64,000 nucleotides of DNA from Candidatus Riflebacteria bacterium HGW-Riflebacteria-1 (GCA_002839445.1 PGYB01000011.1:13817-77816), one strand, 5' to 3'; shown: positions 9,555 to 19,471, counted from the stretch's first letter. Program-made: numbers and translations. Notes: generated by a model not told the origin, from the letters alone.

Positions 9555-9577
9555 CGCAATCACGACAACTCTAACCT
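9555..9577. repeat. 23-nt exact repeat CGCAATCACGACAACTCTAACCT (copy 1 of 2; a partial third copy is at 33585-33598)
   Basis: The identical 23-mer occurs at 62649-62671. A 14-nt prefix GCAATCACGACAAC occurs at 33585-33598. All three sites are intergenic and lie near gene ends. Confidence 0.85.
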
Positions 9578-9603
9578 CAAGGTCGCATCTGCGCTGGTTG
9601 TGT

Positions 9604-9615
9604 TATACTGGCGCA
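9604..9615 (+). promoter_or_regulatory. extended -10 promoter element TGTGTTATACTG upstream of cyclase A1
   Basis: A TGn plus TATACT motif about 45 nt upstream of the 9658 start. The identical 12-mer recurs at 16993-17004, upstream of the 17049 gene. Confidence 0.4.
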
Positions 9616-9657
9616 AAATAGTTGTAATCTTGTTGAGCCCGGTGACGGTTAACGCTT

Positions 9658-12612
9658 ATGCATGATGATATCAAACTGCGAACAGCGGTTGGATTGGCAT
9701 TTTTTCTGCTGATACTGCTGCCGATGCTTTTTATTACCGCCAGTTTTCGGCAGGCGAACGAAGAAAGCCTGGCACAGCAGCTGCAACTGGCCGAAAACCA
9801 ACTCAAACTCGAAGCGCAGTCATTTCAAAGCGATCTGATCACCAGGCAACGTATTGAGAAGATTATTAAACAGGCTGAGCGTGACACTGGCATTGCCGGA
9901 GCTGCTGCTGAAAAACCGCGATTTGTTAAAGGCGTTGACCCACAGGTTTTTAATTCCCGCACGGTGCCAGATCTGTTGGCAAACTATCGAAAGCTTGCCG
10001 ATGTTGAACCGCTGTTCATAGTTGCTTATGGCGCGGATGTCTGGAATATCTGGAGCTGGTATTCTGCCGATGCCGCGGCTATTTCACAGCCAGATCGCAA
10101 CCGTGTCGACTGGCTGATCAGCGCTATTACCTCTAAACAAGCCGATTTTAAAAGAGTCGACGACAGCAATGCAAATGCAAAAGCCAATTATAAACTGCTG
10201 TGCCGCAAGGCGGCCGGTGATGAGCAAGATTTAACCAAGGCTTATTATCGTCTCATGCGTCGCCATTTTTCCGATATAGTTTTTCCGTTGCCGCATCAGG
10301 GAACCTGTTATGAAATCGCTACCCGAAAAATGGGCTGCAACAGGCTCGTTTCTTATTATCGCACTGTGACCGAAGGAAACAAAATCTATGGAGGTTACCA
10401 TGTAACCTTTACGACCCGGCAGTTTCCACCTCAGAAACTGCTGGCTGATGCGCTAAAAACTGAATCAGCCGGTTTTGCCCGCCACTATCTGAATAACCCG
10501 CCAGATAAGCCCGGGCATGTTGTCGCCACAAAGCATTGGCTGCAACTCGAAACAGATGTTCCAGCTGAGCTGATCGGTTACAACTCACTGTTTGCCCGGC
10601 CCGCAGCATTGCCGGCCGGTTTAAGGGTTGATTCTGACGTGTCAGGCCTGTATCTTGCCGCTGCTTCTTTCAACCGTCTTCTGAACCTGGTGCAGCAGAG
10701 CATCATGCTTGTAAGCTTTGCGGCCATCTGCTTTTTTATATTGTTTGGTTTTCCGGCATTTCTGCGCTTACGCAGGAGAATGCTGCTCGCTGTCGGTCTT
10801 GCGGTTCTGACTCCGTACATTGTTCTCGGACCAGTTGCTATGCGGCTGCTGAATCGTATTGAGAGCCTGGGGCGTTTCGAGTTGCGCGCAGAGAGCAGCA
10901 GTCTCATGTTCAGGTTGCAAAGTTATCATGATGACCAGAGACAGCAGTATCTGCTGCAGGCATTGAAATACAAAGAGCGTCTGGCTGAAATTGTCGATTT
11001 ACCTGCCAGAGAAATATATGAACTTCATGCGCACAATGTCGTGCCGGCCAGCACTCCTGCTGTTCTCTATTTTTTTCGTAATGACGGTGTTGGCAGGTCA
11101 TTCAGGGCTGCAACACCCGAAGTTAAGTCTATTCAAAGGGTTGAATGGCTTTTTTCGGTGAAGCATCTCGACAACCTCGGAGTGCTTGACCGGACTGCCC
11201 CGGATATCAGTAAAAAATTGAAAGTAACGACTTTTGCTGATGGCATCATTGATACTGTCCGCCAGGAATACTTTGACCATAAGGCTTTGCAGTATGAAGC
11301 CAACGAAACTTACGATCTCGGTAAAATTAATGAATTTTCAAGAATGATCTGGTTTCTTGTTCCTGGCGGTAATAACGGCGCCGGCTCTGTGCGGGCCATG
11401 GCTTCCACCAATATCAGCAATCTCCGCTACCTGATCTACAATCCGAATGAATTCGACCGCAGGATTTTCAGCAACTCTTCTGCGCGAATGCAGCATGAGT
11501 TTATCATGGGGCGAAGAGGTCATGACGACCAGATACTGCAGTGGTGGCCAGCTCAGATCAGCCCTGTCGCCGAGTTAAAAGGTCTGCTTGACGAAGCATC
11601 ACGCAAGCGTGCTTCTATGGAACAGCTGAACGGTTCAGACGGTCGCTATCGCCTGGTTAGACAAAGCTTTAACGAGAAGGCCGCTACAGTTTATGCGGGC
11701 ATTTCTACCAGCTCGCCAGATCTGGTGCTGGGACTGGTGAGTAGAGCGTTTCCCTTGCTGGTGCTGATATTTTCGCTGCTCTCGCTGATGCTTTTTGCTG
11801 ATGTCCTCGCAGCTCTTTTTATCAACCCGGTAAAAGGAATCAGCCATGGTGCTGCCGCGATTGAAGCTGGTGATTATTCACAGCATATTGAAATCGAAAA
11901 TACCGACGAGTTTTCGTTGCTGGTTACGTCTTTTAATCAGATGACCAGCGGGCTGGCGCAGCGCGAGAAAATGCGCCGTTTCGTTTCCGATAATCTCTAC
12001 GTTCGACTTGGGACTCAGGTTGGGCTGAACGAACTACGTTCGGCGCAGATGTCGCGCGTTACCATGCTTGCTGCCGATATCCGCGGCTTTACCACTCTCA
12101 GCGAAAAGCACGATCCGCAGCAGATTGTCAGCCTGCTTAACGACTATTTTACGGCCATGGAAGCTGCGATAAATGCTTATGGCGGCGTAATTGAAAGGTT
12201 TGTCGGTGACGCGGTCATGGCAGTTTTTTACCGTGCGGGCGAAACTTCTGGCGAAGTTCAGGCCGCGCTGGCAGCTCTTGCGATGCGGCAGAAGCTTGCG
12301 CTCTTGAATGACGAGAGAGCAGGTCGCGGTCTATTTATAATCGAAAACGGCATCGGTATTGCATCCGGCGAAGCCGCTTCCGGGCTGGTTGGCAGCGAAA
12401 GTGGCCGCATGGTGTTTACAGTGCTTGGCAAGGTAACTAAACTTGCCGAACTGCTGGAAAGTCAGACAAAACATGTTGATTCAAGAGTATTGCTCTGCGC
12501 CGAAACCGCAAGGGCTCTCGGCGAAAGATTTGTGGTGCAATACTCTGAAAAAGTCACTGTCTGTCAGGCTTATGAACTGGTTGGAGCAAAGCCGGAGGCT
12601 GAACATGGCTGA
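9658..12612 (+). CDS. membrane sensor class III nucleotidyl cyclase, A-type subunit (HAMP plus cyclase with metal-binding Asp residues intact)
   Basis: A 984-aa protein with four predicted transmembrane helices bounding two large extracytoplasmic domains. The HAMP region is LAALFINPVKGISHGAAAIEAGDY...FNQMTSGLAQREKMRRF. The cyclase core is TMLAADIRGFTTLSE ... ERFVGDAVMAVFY. The transition-state Asn/Arg position is degenerate (GKVTKLAELLE). Confidence 0.85.
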   Translation: MHDDIKLRTAVGLAFFLLILLPMLFITASFRQANEESLAQQLQLAENQLKLEAQSFQSDLITRQRIEKIIKQAERDTGIAGAAAEKPRFVKGVDPQVFNSRTVPDLLANYRKLADVEPLFIVAYGADVWNIWSWYSADAAAISQPDRNRVDWLISAITSKQADFKRVDDSNANAKANYKLLCRKAAGDEQDLTKAYYRLMRRHFSDIVFPLPHQGTCYEIATRKMGCNRLVSYYRTVTEGNKIYGGYHVTFTTRQFPPQKLLADALKTESAGFARHYLNNPPDKPGHVVATKHWLQLETDVPAELIGYNSLFARPAALPAGLRVDSDVSGLYLAAASFNRLLNLVQQSIMLVSFAAICFFILFGFPAFLRLRRRMLLAVGLAVLTPYIVLGPVAMRLLNRIESLGRFELRAESSSLMFRLQSYHDDQRQQYLLQALKYKERLAEIVDLPAREIYELHAHNVVPASTPAVLYFFRNDGVGRSFRAATPEVKSIQRVEWLFSVKHLDNLGVLDRTAPDISKKLKVTTFADGIIDTVRQEYFDHKALQYEANETYDLGKINEFSRMIWFLVPGGNNGAGSVRAMASTNISNLRYLIYNPNEFDRRIFSNSSARMQHEFIMGRRGHDDQILQWWPAQISPVAELKGLLDEASRKRASMEQLNGSDGRYRLVRQSFNEKAATVYAGISTSSPDLVLGLVSRAFPLLVLIFSLLSLMLFADVLAALFINPVKGISHGAAAIEAGDYSQHIEIENTDEFSLLVTSFNQMTSGLAQREKMRRFVSDNLYVRLGTQVGLNELRSAQMSRVTMLAADIRGFTTLSEKHDPQQIVSLLNDYFTAMEAAINAYGGVIERFVGDAVMAVFYRAGETSGEVQAALAALAMRQKLALLNDERAGRGLFIIENGIGIASGEAASGLVGSESGRMVFTVLGKVTKLAELLESQTKHVDSRVLLCAETARALGERFVVQYSEKVTVCQAYELVGAKPEAEHG

Positions 12613-15493
12613 AAACAAGATACATATCAGTCGCCGCCTCTCGGCAGCAACTCTGGCACTTGCCTGGTTCACGGTGTTTGCCGTGCCGGTTCTGCTGCTG
12701 CAGTTCAGTCTTGATTATCTCTTTAAACTGACACTGCAGGCTAATCAGCAGGCGGCTGCTGCAACGCTGATTGGTGAAATGAGCAGCTTCAAACATGATC
12801 TGGAGACTGAAGCTTTTGTCGAGCGCAAGCTTAAAGCTTTTTTCGGCGGTCAGAATCAACCAGAAAACAACGCGAAAGTAATGCTGCAGAAGCTCAACTC
12901 AACAAGCGGGCTGAGAGTTGCCGGAGTCGTTACCTGTGCCGCCGATACCATGGCAGTCGATTTTGAACTGGACCAGAGCTTGCAGCAACAGATGCCGACT
13001 TTGCCGCGAACCATGATGCAGCGATATCTGTCAGCTGTGAACTATCAGCAGCAGAATGATTTCTACCGCTCTTCTACTACGGCAACCGGCACTGGCAAGC
13101 TGTTTGCTGACTATGACAAGGCCCGCAAAGATGCTGACAGCTTTTTCAGGCGCCAGTTTGGGTTGATCGCCGAGATTCCTTTGCAGCCAGACAAGGTTTG
13201 TCGCACTGTGTCGGCAAAGCTTGCGGGCAGCGCCTTTTTTTACTATCACACTTTCACCAGCAGCGCTGGCGACAAAAATCGAATGAACGGGGGATGTCTG
13301 CTGATTTTGCGGGGGTGTGATCTGAATCAGCGCCAGATCTGGCAGGAAACGGCCAGCATAGCAAACTCTGGTGTCAAACGAAGTTATAGCCGGCTGGCAA
13401 TACCGCTAGCCGGCAAAAGCAACCTTACCCGCGAGATAATCACACGATTCATCTCTGATGAAACAGGTTTTCATCTCGTGTCAGCGCCGCCGGATCATAC
13501 TCTGGTTGACTTGATACAGCGCGGCACTTTTACATTGCAGCAACTTAACCCGGTTCTCAAGGCATTGCCGCTGCTGCAAGTTTCTGTGCCGGCGCGTGAT
13601 CTGCATCACCCTCTTGCCGGTTGGGCCAGGTCAATAAACATGTCTGCACGGCTTTTTGCTATGCTTGGTGCAGTATTTCTGCTGTATCTGTTTTTTTACG
13701 GAATAGACCTCAGACTTGGCATAAGAGGCAAAGTACTGCTCGGGGCCTGGACTATGCTGTTGCTGCCGATAGTGCTGCTGCTCGCCGGCTTTGTTACCTG
13801 GAGTCAGTTTAACCGGATCTATGGCTGGTATCAGGCCGAAGAACTGCAACAGCAGTATTTTAACGAGCTTTATGATGGATTTGGCAGCTACCTTACCCTG
13901 CTGCAGAAGCATAGTATTGCTGTTGCCGCCGAAGTTGACAAGGCACGTAAAAACGACGAAACAGCAATCCCGAGAATCTTGCAAACCGGCCTGGCCAGCT
14001 CCTGTGCTTCAGATATTTATCTCGACCGGTCAGCCGGGCTTAGTCTGCATTTTAAGTCACAAAACTATCACTGGCCAGGCTCGCAGAAAGAAGAATCCGC
14101 GCGGCGGCTGGTTTATGACACAATCCTCAATTCTTTTGACCGCCAGGGCAATTTTGTTGAAACGCTTTCGGACGGTAAAAATCCCGGTGTCACCTCGGTT
14201 GATGCCGCTCTGGTGAATAACCTGATCAACAGCTGGGCAAAGCCGTTCAATATGCTGCGCATCAACACAAACAACCGCTTTTCGACGGCTTTTGTCTACA
14301 ATGATGATAAATACAGCCCTTACGCTCTATTGTCGTTCAAGTATTCTGATATAACCTTGATGCGCGAATTTATCGGCCGGCATTTCAGGCCTTCACCCAG
14401 ATTTTCTGGTATTTCGGCAAAGTTTTTTATTGCAGAAAATAATGGAACTGGTTATCAACTCGTCGATCTTGCCGATGGCCAGCCCCTGCAGAACCAGTCG
14501 TTACTGGAAAAAATCAGCATTGCTGAAGACGTGGAAAACTTTGTCTGGCGCGAACGCAATCAGAATCTTATGCAGACGCGCTGGTTCAACGACTATCCAC
14601 TGGTTATAATGGTTGCCGGCGAAGTTTTTGCCGACGAATCTTCAGTACATCTGGTGCCGGCCATGTTGATTGGCTACGGACTGTTGTTGATACTTTTCAT
14701 TTATCTTTTTTTTGAGTTGATCTATCTGCGCCCGATTCGCGAATTTATCAGAGTAACTGCCGAGGTCGGCGCCGGCAACTATGCCGAGCAGGTGCGCCTG
14801 CAGGCCAATGATGAATTCGGTGATCTGCAGAAGGTATTTGCCGGTATGATTCAAGGGCTTGAACAGCGCCGCAAGCTTACTCACTTTGTTTCGCAGGATG
14901 TTCGGACTGCTGTCGAAAGTGGTGATGATGCCATGACTCCTGGCGGCGTAAGGGTAGCGGCAACTGTGGTCTTCATTCAACTGCAGTCTGTCGAAAGTTT
15001 TGAAAATTGCAGCGCTGACAGAAAGTTCGCGCTGCTCAGTCACTTTATTTCGACAGGTGATCGCATTGTTGATTGCTTTGGTGGCGTAATTGACAAGGTA
15101 GTTGAAGATACTCTGATGCTGGTATTTCGTGAAAATTCGTCATGCGATAGTCACTGTTTGCGCGCCTGCCGCGCCGTTCTGGAGATCGCTGCCGACTTGC
15201 AGGGTGACGGGATGAATATCAGAGCAGGAATAGCCAGTGGCAATGTTGTTTTGGGCCGGATAGGTTCGCGACTTGGCAAGCTGGATTACACTGTTATCGG
15301 TGACACGGTTAATCTGGCAGCACGCTTGAAAGCTTTGCCCGCCAAAGCCGTTGTAACTGGCATCATAATCGCCCCTTCCACAATCAGAATCCTCAGGGGC
15401 AAGGCCCGCGTCGGCTTTCTCGAACGCACCGAAATCAAGGGTAAAAGCCGCAAGTATCCGCTATATGAACTTTTAGAGCTTCGTCATGGATGA
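12604..15493 (+). CDS. membrane sensor pseudo-cyclase/cyclase B-type subunit (HAMP plus cyclase domain lacking the first metal Asp but retaining Asn/Arg)
   Basis: The start MAENKIHISRR overlaps the A1 stop by 8 nt (ATGGCTGA). It has the same four-transmembrane-helix, two-ectodomain and HAMP architecture as A1. The C-terminal cyclase fold has VVFIQLQS instead of F.DI.GFT, keeps the KVVEDTLMLVF region, and has the canonical DYTVIGDTVNLAARLKA. Confidence 0.8.
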
Positions 15494-15544
15494 TATTTCT
15501 GGTGGCGAGCTACAGCCTTTTACAACGATTGTCCGGGTTTCTGC

Positions 15545-16771
15545 TCAGTATTTTCTGGCTGCGGGCGTTTTTTGTGATCTGAGAAGTTCTGCTGCTATAC
15601 TTGCCACCGCCAGATCTGCGCTGTCAGTTGCATTGACCATAGAATCAAGATCACTGTTGAGCGAACTCTTATCAAATTCTTTCTGGTAAAATTCTTTTGC
15701 TTCTTTCAGGTTTCCGGCTCGAACGTTTATCAGAACCAGCAGCGGATAAATCAGAGTGGCATGATTGGGGCTGTCCTTGCAAAACTTAAGCGCATCAGCA
15801 ATAATCTCTTCGTTTTTTCCCATTTCATAATCAGTAAATAGTTTGAAATACCTGATAAACAGGTTTTCTGGATTAAGCCGGTGAGCAATTTCCAGCTTTG
15901 CGGCAGCTGAAGCGTAGTTTGCAAGTCTGAAATTCGCATGCCCGTTGATTGCATAGCCGCCATAGAACTCTGGAAGCTGTTTTTCGAGAATTTCTACTTC
16001 AGCTATGACCTTGCTCAGATCCTTTCCTTTTGAGTAAAGACTTTCGAACCTGGGTAAGTTATACTCAGGCAGGGTTTTAAGATACATGGATTCAGCAAAA
16101 ACCAGAATTGAAGCCAGAAGAATGCTGTAGCTGAACAACCTGGAAACACTTGTTTTCAGCCAACCGGCTCTTCGGATAATGATCATTGCCGTGAACAGCA
16201 ATCCTCCGATAAAACCGCCCAGATGCCCGGCGTGGGAAACGGGATTACCCATTCCCAGAATTTCGTTTCTCTCAAATCCTTTCCAGAATTGGGGATCGCT
16301 GATATAAATCAAGATTGATACTTCTAACAACTTTCTGATTCTGGTGCGAAATGTTATTTCTTTCTCAAACATGGAGAAAACAAAGTATGCGGCGAAAACT
16401 CCGAACATGATCCCTGAAGAGCCGACCATTACTAATAAAGGCTCAAACCATAATCCTGCAATACCGCAGGTATACATACTGAATATAAGGATTCCGGAAT
16501 ATTCCAGCGGTTCAAGCTTCTTTTCCAGTTCTTTTCCGATCAGGAAAAGGAAAAGCAGGTTAAGCAACAGATGAGAAAGATGCAGATGCAAAAGATTGTG
16601 GGTGAAAAATCGCCAGATATCGCCTGAAAGAAACTTCGGGGCATAGGCTGCTCCAAAATTCATGAGCAACGAAAACGTTATCGGTTCAGTGCTTTGCCCG
16701 GCTACCCAGAAATATGTTGCAGCACAGATCAGGCAGAATAGCATTGTCTGTAGAGGCTTTCTTTCGATCAC
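15545..16771 (-). CDS. rhomboid family intramembrane serine protease with C-terminal TPR repeats
   Basis: The rhomboid motifs are FTHNLLHLHLSHLLLNLL (the H...H...N region), the catalytic GSSGIMFGVF (GxSG), and the histidine in AGHLGGFIGGLL. The C-terminal ~180 aa are TPR-like helical repeats. Confidence 0.8.
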   Translation of the reverse strand: MIERKPLQTMLFCLICAATYFWVAGQSTEPITFSLLMNFGAAYAPKFLSGDIWRFFTHNLLHLHLSHLLLNLLFLFLIGKELEKKLEPLEYSGILIFSMYTCGIAGLWFEPLLVMVGSSGIMFGVFAAYFVFSMFEKEITFRTRIRKLLEVSILIYISDPQFWKGFERNEILGMGNPVSHAGHLGGFIGGLLFTAMIIIRRAGWLKTSVSRLFSYSILLASILVFAESMYLKTLPEYNLPRFESLYSKGKDLSKVIAEVEILEKQLPEFYGGYAINGHANFRLANYASAAAKLEIAHRLNPENLFIRYFKLFTDYEMGKNEEIIADALKFCKDSPNHATLIYPLLVLINVRAGNLKEAKEFYQKEFDKSSLNSDLDSMVNATDSADLAVASIAAELLRSQKTPAARKY

Positions 16772-17048
16772 AAATTTGCTCCCGTGTCATAATAAATACA
16801 ATCCTTACATACGTGGTCGCAACAAAAAAGTCACAAAAATTCATTGACGGCGGTTGATCGCTAAGGCATGGCAACCTCGAAGAGAACCTGCGTAATCTCA
16901 ACCTGTGCCCGCGTGACAGCTAGTTGTGTAATCCGCGGTTTCTTCTCTTTTGACCGAGAATTGCTGTAATTGTCGCTGTCGAATCGTTAAGTGCGATTAG
17001 CTGTGTTATACTGAGTGAAAATTACTGTGTTTCTTCTTAGGAGAACAG

Positions 17049-18176
17049 ATGGAGCTGTTTAATTCTCCGGAATTTGCCGGGTTGGTGGCTTTTGTTTTTA
17101 TCGTGCTGGTAGCCTGGGCCAATCGCTGCTCAAAGTGCGGAAAGCTTTTTACCTGCAAGATCAGAAGCCGCACGCAAACCTCAGAAGGCTACACGCACTC
17201 ATGGGAAGTCGACGAGAAATCGCAACGCGGCAAAAGCGTTCGTCGTTATACTTACCAGTACAACGAAACCTGGGCTTGCAGCAAATGTGGGCATGAATAC
17301 AGCACTTCCTGTTCGAGCTCTTACAGTCTGCCGTGTGGCTACTTTTCCCCAGAAGACCCTGCTAATGCCCAAAATAAAGGTCGCGGCTGCCTTAACCCTC
17401 TCACCTGGCTGAACTGGCTCAATCCTGTGGCCTGGTGGCGCTCGATTCCAGGTAAAAGGTATCTGCCGCTGCTGCCTGTCATCTTTTTTATCGGAATGGT
17501 CGTTTTTGATACCGAAGTCCTGAAGTATCCGACGCATTGGCAGGATTATCTCGAAGATTATGTTGAATTTCTGCTTGAGCCTCTGTCGCCGCGTGCCAAC
17601 AGGCGTACACAGCTCGAAATGGTCGAGGGGCGCTGGCAGACACAGCGCCGCATTCAGGAGTTCAAGCCGGTTGAATACGAAACCTGGGAAGACAGACTTC
17701 CCGAGAATGCAAGGGTTATTGAAAAGACAACAAGGCAACGTCCCCCTCAGTCGTATTATTACACCTATACAACAGCAACAGAACCCGCTACCTGGGTCAG
17801 GTATTCGATAGATTTATGGGTCACCATCGGTACGCTTACCGCCTCCGGCACAGGGTTACCGATTGCTTATCCTGATGATCCGGTCGCGCCCTCGCCCTCG
17901 CCTGGTGAAGCGGTTTACGGTGCCCGCCGCTCAGAGACGCCTACGGTTACCTATTCTCTGGTATTCAGAGACGCTGAGTCTGAAAGGGTCTATTGGGTAG
18001 AAACAATCGGTTTTATCCGCAAGGAAGACAGGTATTTTGCCTGGCAGCGCGAGATAAGTGAGACTGCTTATCGTACACTGATTGCGAGTTCGCAACCATT
18101 GCCAGCTCGGGTTTACGCTCGAAGTTATAATGAGTCACCAAATATTTACATCTATGTTGACGACGTACCTTATTGA
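17049..18176 (+). CDS. hypothetical membrane protein with Cys-x-x-Cys zinc-ribbon motifs
   Basis: An N-terminal transmembrane helix. CSKCGK and CSKCGH motifs are present, plus a second transmembrane segment. An RBS AGGAGAACAG precedes the ATG. Confidence 0.6.
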   Translation: MELFNSPEFAGLVAFVFIVLVAWANRCSKCGKLFTCKIRSRTQTSEGYTHSWEVDEKSQRGKSVRRYTYQYNETWACSKCGHEYSTSCSSSYSLPCGYFSPEDPANAQNKGRGCLNPLTWLNWLNPVAWWRSIPGKRYLPLLPVIFFIGMVVFDTEVLKYPTHWQDYLEDYVEFLLEPLSPRANRRTQLEMVEGRWQTQRRIQEFKPVEYETWEDRLPENARVIEKTTRQRPPQSYYYTYTTATEPATWVRYSIDLWVTIGTLTASGTGLPIAYPDDPVAPSPSPGEAVYGARRSETPTVTYSLVFRDAESERVYWVETIGFIRKEDRYFAWQREISETAYRTLIASSQPLPARVYARSYNESPNIYIYVDDVPY

Positions 18177-18240
18177 GCGGTTGGTGTGCGCCTTTGTTTA
18201 TCAGTGTTTGACAATGAAAAAAAATATTTTTAAAAAATGT

Positions 18241-18270
18241 TTGACTTTAGTAAGCGCTTTGCGGTAAACT
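18241..18270 (+). promoter_or_regulatory. sigma70-like promoter (TTGACT-N17-GTAAACT) for the downstream ORF-free region
   Basis: TTGACT at 18241-18246, a 17-nt spacer, and TAAACT at 18265-18270. No ORF follows it. Confidence 0.45.
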
Positions 18271-18277
18271 GTAATTG

Positions 18278-19370
18278 TTGAACGAACAGATCATTGACAA
18301 TAGAATCGGTGGCCGCAAGGCTGATACTTCTGAGCTCCGGCAGGTTTCAGGCAGTTATCTCAAGAAGGGTGCTGATGTCTGGTAACAGGTGTTAAGGCCC
18401 CGAAGGGAATAAATAACCTCGGGTAACGTGAAACTGAAGAAGAAGTATGAGTTGAAAGGCGAAAATTCCATGGGGGGAGGGCTCCGCATCGTCGGAGAAA
18501 CCAACTACGGCAGCAGAAAAACTCTAAGAGGGTATCAAACCCTGAAAGAGGAAGGATTTATCCAGGGCTGTTGTAGCCAGATACCCCGAAGGACAAAAGG
18601 TCATGAGAGTTGTAATCGCGATGTCTGGGTGAAACTTGACAGCGTAGGAGACGCTCTGAACCGGGAGCAAAGCTTCAAGGTTTGACTGAATCTCAAGATG
18701 GAAACCGGCTGCTTGCAGCAGGGGGCCAGTTAGAACCAGGGTCGAGCGAACGTAAGTTCGGCGGCCAGGCAGTGGGAACTGCCAGTGATTTCTGGAAGAA
18801 AACCGTGTAGAGACAGTAACAACGAAGGAGCATGATAGCTGGAAACAGTTATCGATCGGCTCAGGGTAAGACTCTGTAGATCAGGACCCTGCAAGTGCCA
18901 GTGGGATGGAATAAGCCCACAAGCTACCAAGGACGCAAGTTCTGCTGAGAGGTTGAGAAAACCTGGGAGCGGAATGCGACAGGGCCGGAATCCTGTCTGT
19001 CACGTCCCGGTGGTGAAGGCGCTAAGAGGGAAAGAACCTAAGAAGGCGTTGGTGTTATCCAACCAATGAAAGTGTGTGTGTAGAACCTTGAAGTCGGCAG
19101 AAGTCTAGAAGAGGATGGAAAGATCTGGTTAACTCCAAATCTGGTGATTGTATCGACGGCCTCGAAGGCGATGAACGTCTGAGGCTTGGCGTAACCAATG
19201 TGCGTCATAGTGCAATTGCGTTAAAACTCTAGAAGGCATGTAACGACACGAAGGGGTGACCGGAAGCGGTGACGCGACTGGCCAAGCACCCACTGATAGG
19301 TCTTCAGGAAGGGAAACCGATTCTAATCTGTTAGTTCAATAAAGAACCCCCGGTCAAACGGGGGTTTTTT
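18278..19370 (+). ncRNA. candidate large structured non-coding RNA (~1.1 kb), class not identified
   Basis: About 1.1 kb in which the only ORFs on either strand are two short overlapping ones (85 and 66 aa), with none in the final ~440 nt. The plus strand is strongly purine-rich and T-poor. Perfect GNRA-loop hairpins are present, CGAAC-GUAA-GUUCG and GGCAGU-GGGA-ACUGCC, near 18750-18800, plus GACAGG-GCCGGAAU-CCUGUC. The region ends in an intrinsic terminator. Confidence 0.45.
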
Positions 19371-19371
19371 C
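19345..19371 (+). terminator. rho-independent terminator (AACCCCCGgtcaaaCGGGGGTT plus a T tract)
   Basis: An 8-bp GC-rich stem, a 6-nt loop and a TTTTTT run seen directly in the sequence. Confidence 0.75.
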
Positions 19372-19382
19372 TATTTCACAAA

Positions 19383-19440
19383 ACTTTGATTTTTAAATTA
19401 CCAGGATTGAAACTTTGATTTCTAAATTACCATGATTTTT
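19383..19440. repeat. tandem direct repeat, 2 x 28 bp (AACTTTGATTTYTAAATTACCAKGATT)
   Basis: Two near-identical adjacent 28-mers. Confidence 0.7.
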
Positions 19441-19450
19441 TCTGCGCAGG

Positions 19451-19471
19451 GGTTCAACATGTTGAACCCCT
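19451..19471. promoter_or_regulatory. perfect 16-bp palindrome GTTCAACATGTTGAAC within GGGGTTCAACATGTTGAACCCC (copy 1)
   Basis: A 22-bp near-perfect palindrome. A second copy lies at 19832-19853. The two copies flank the small gene at 19470..19664. Confidence 0.6.

Noticed and set aside
19060-19068. DnaA-box-like TTATCCAAC and the possibility that 18.3-19.9 kb is a replication origin
   Set aside because: It is a single imperfect box. The region is G+A rich rather than AT-rich and has a promoter and terminator layout like a transcript. Origin status is not supported.
18278-19370. Group II intron, rRNA fragment, RNase P or tmRNA as the identity of the ORF-free region
   Set aside because: There is no intron-encoded RT/maturase ORF. 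No domain V consensus (GAGCCGUAUG...CGUACGGUUC) is present. No tmRNA tag-peptide frame or RNase P P4 consensus is recognisable. The identity remains unknown.
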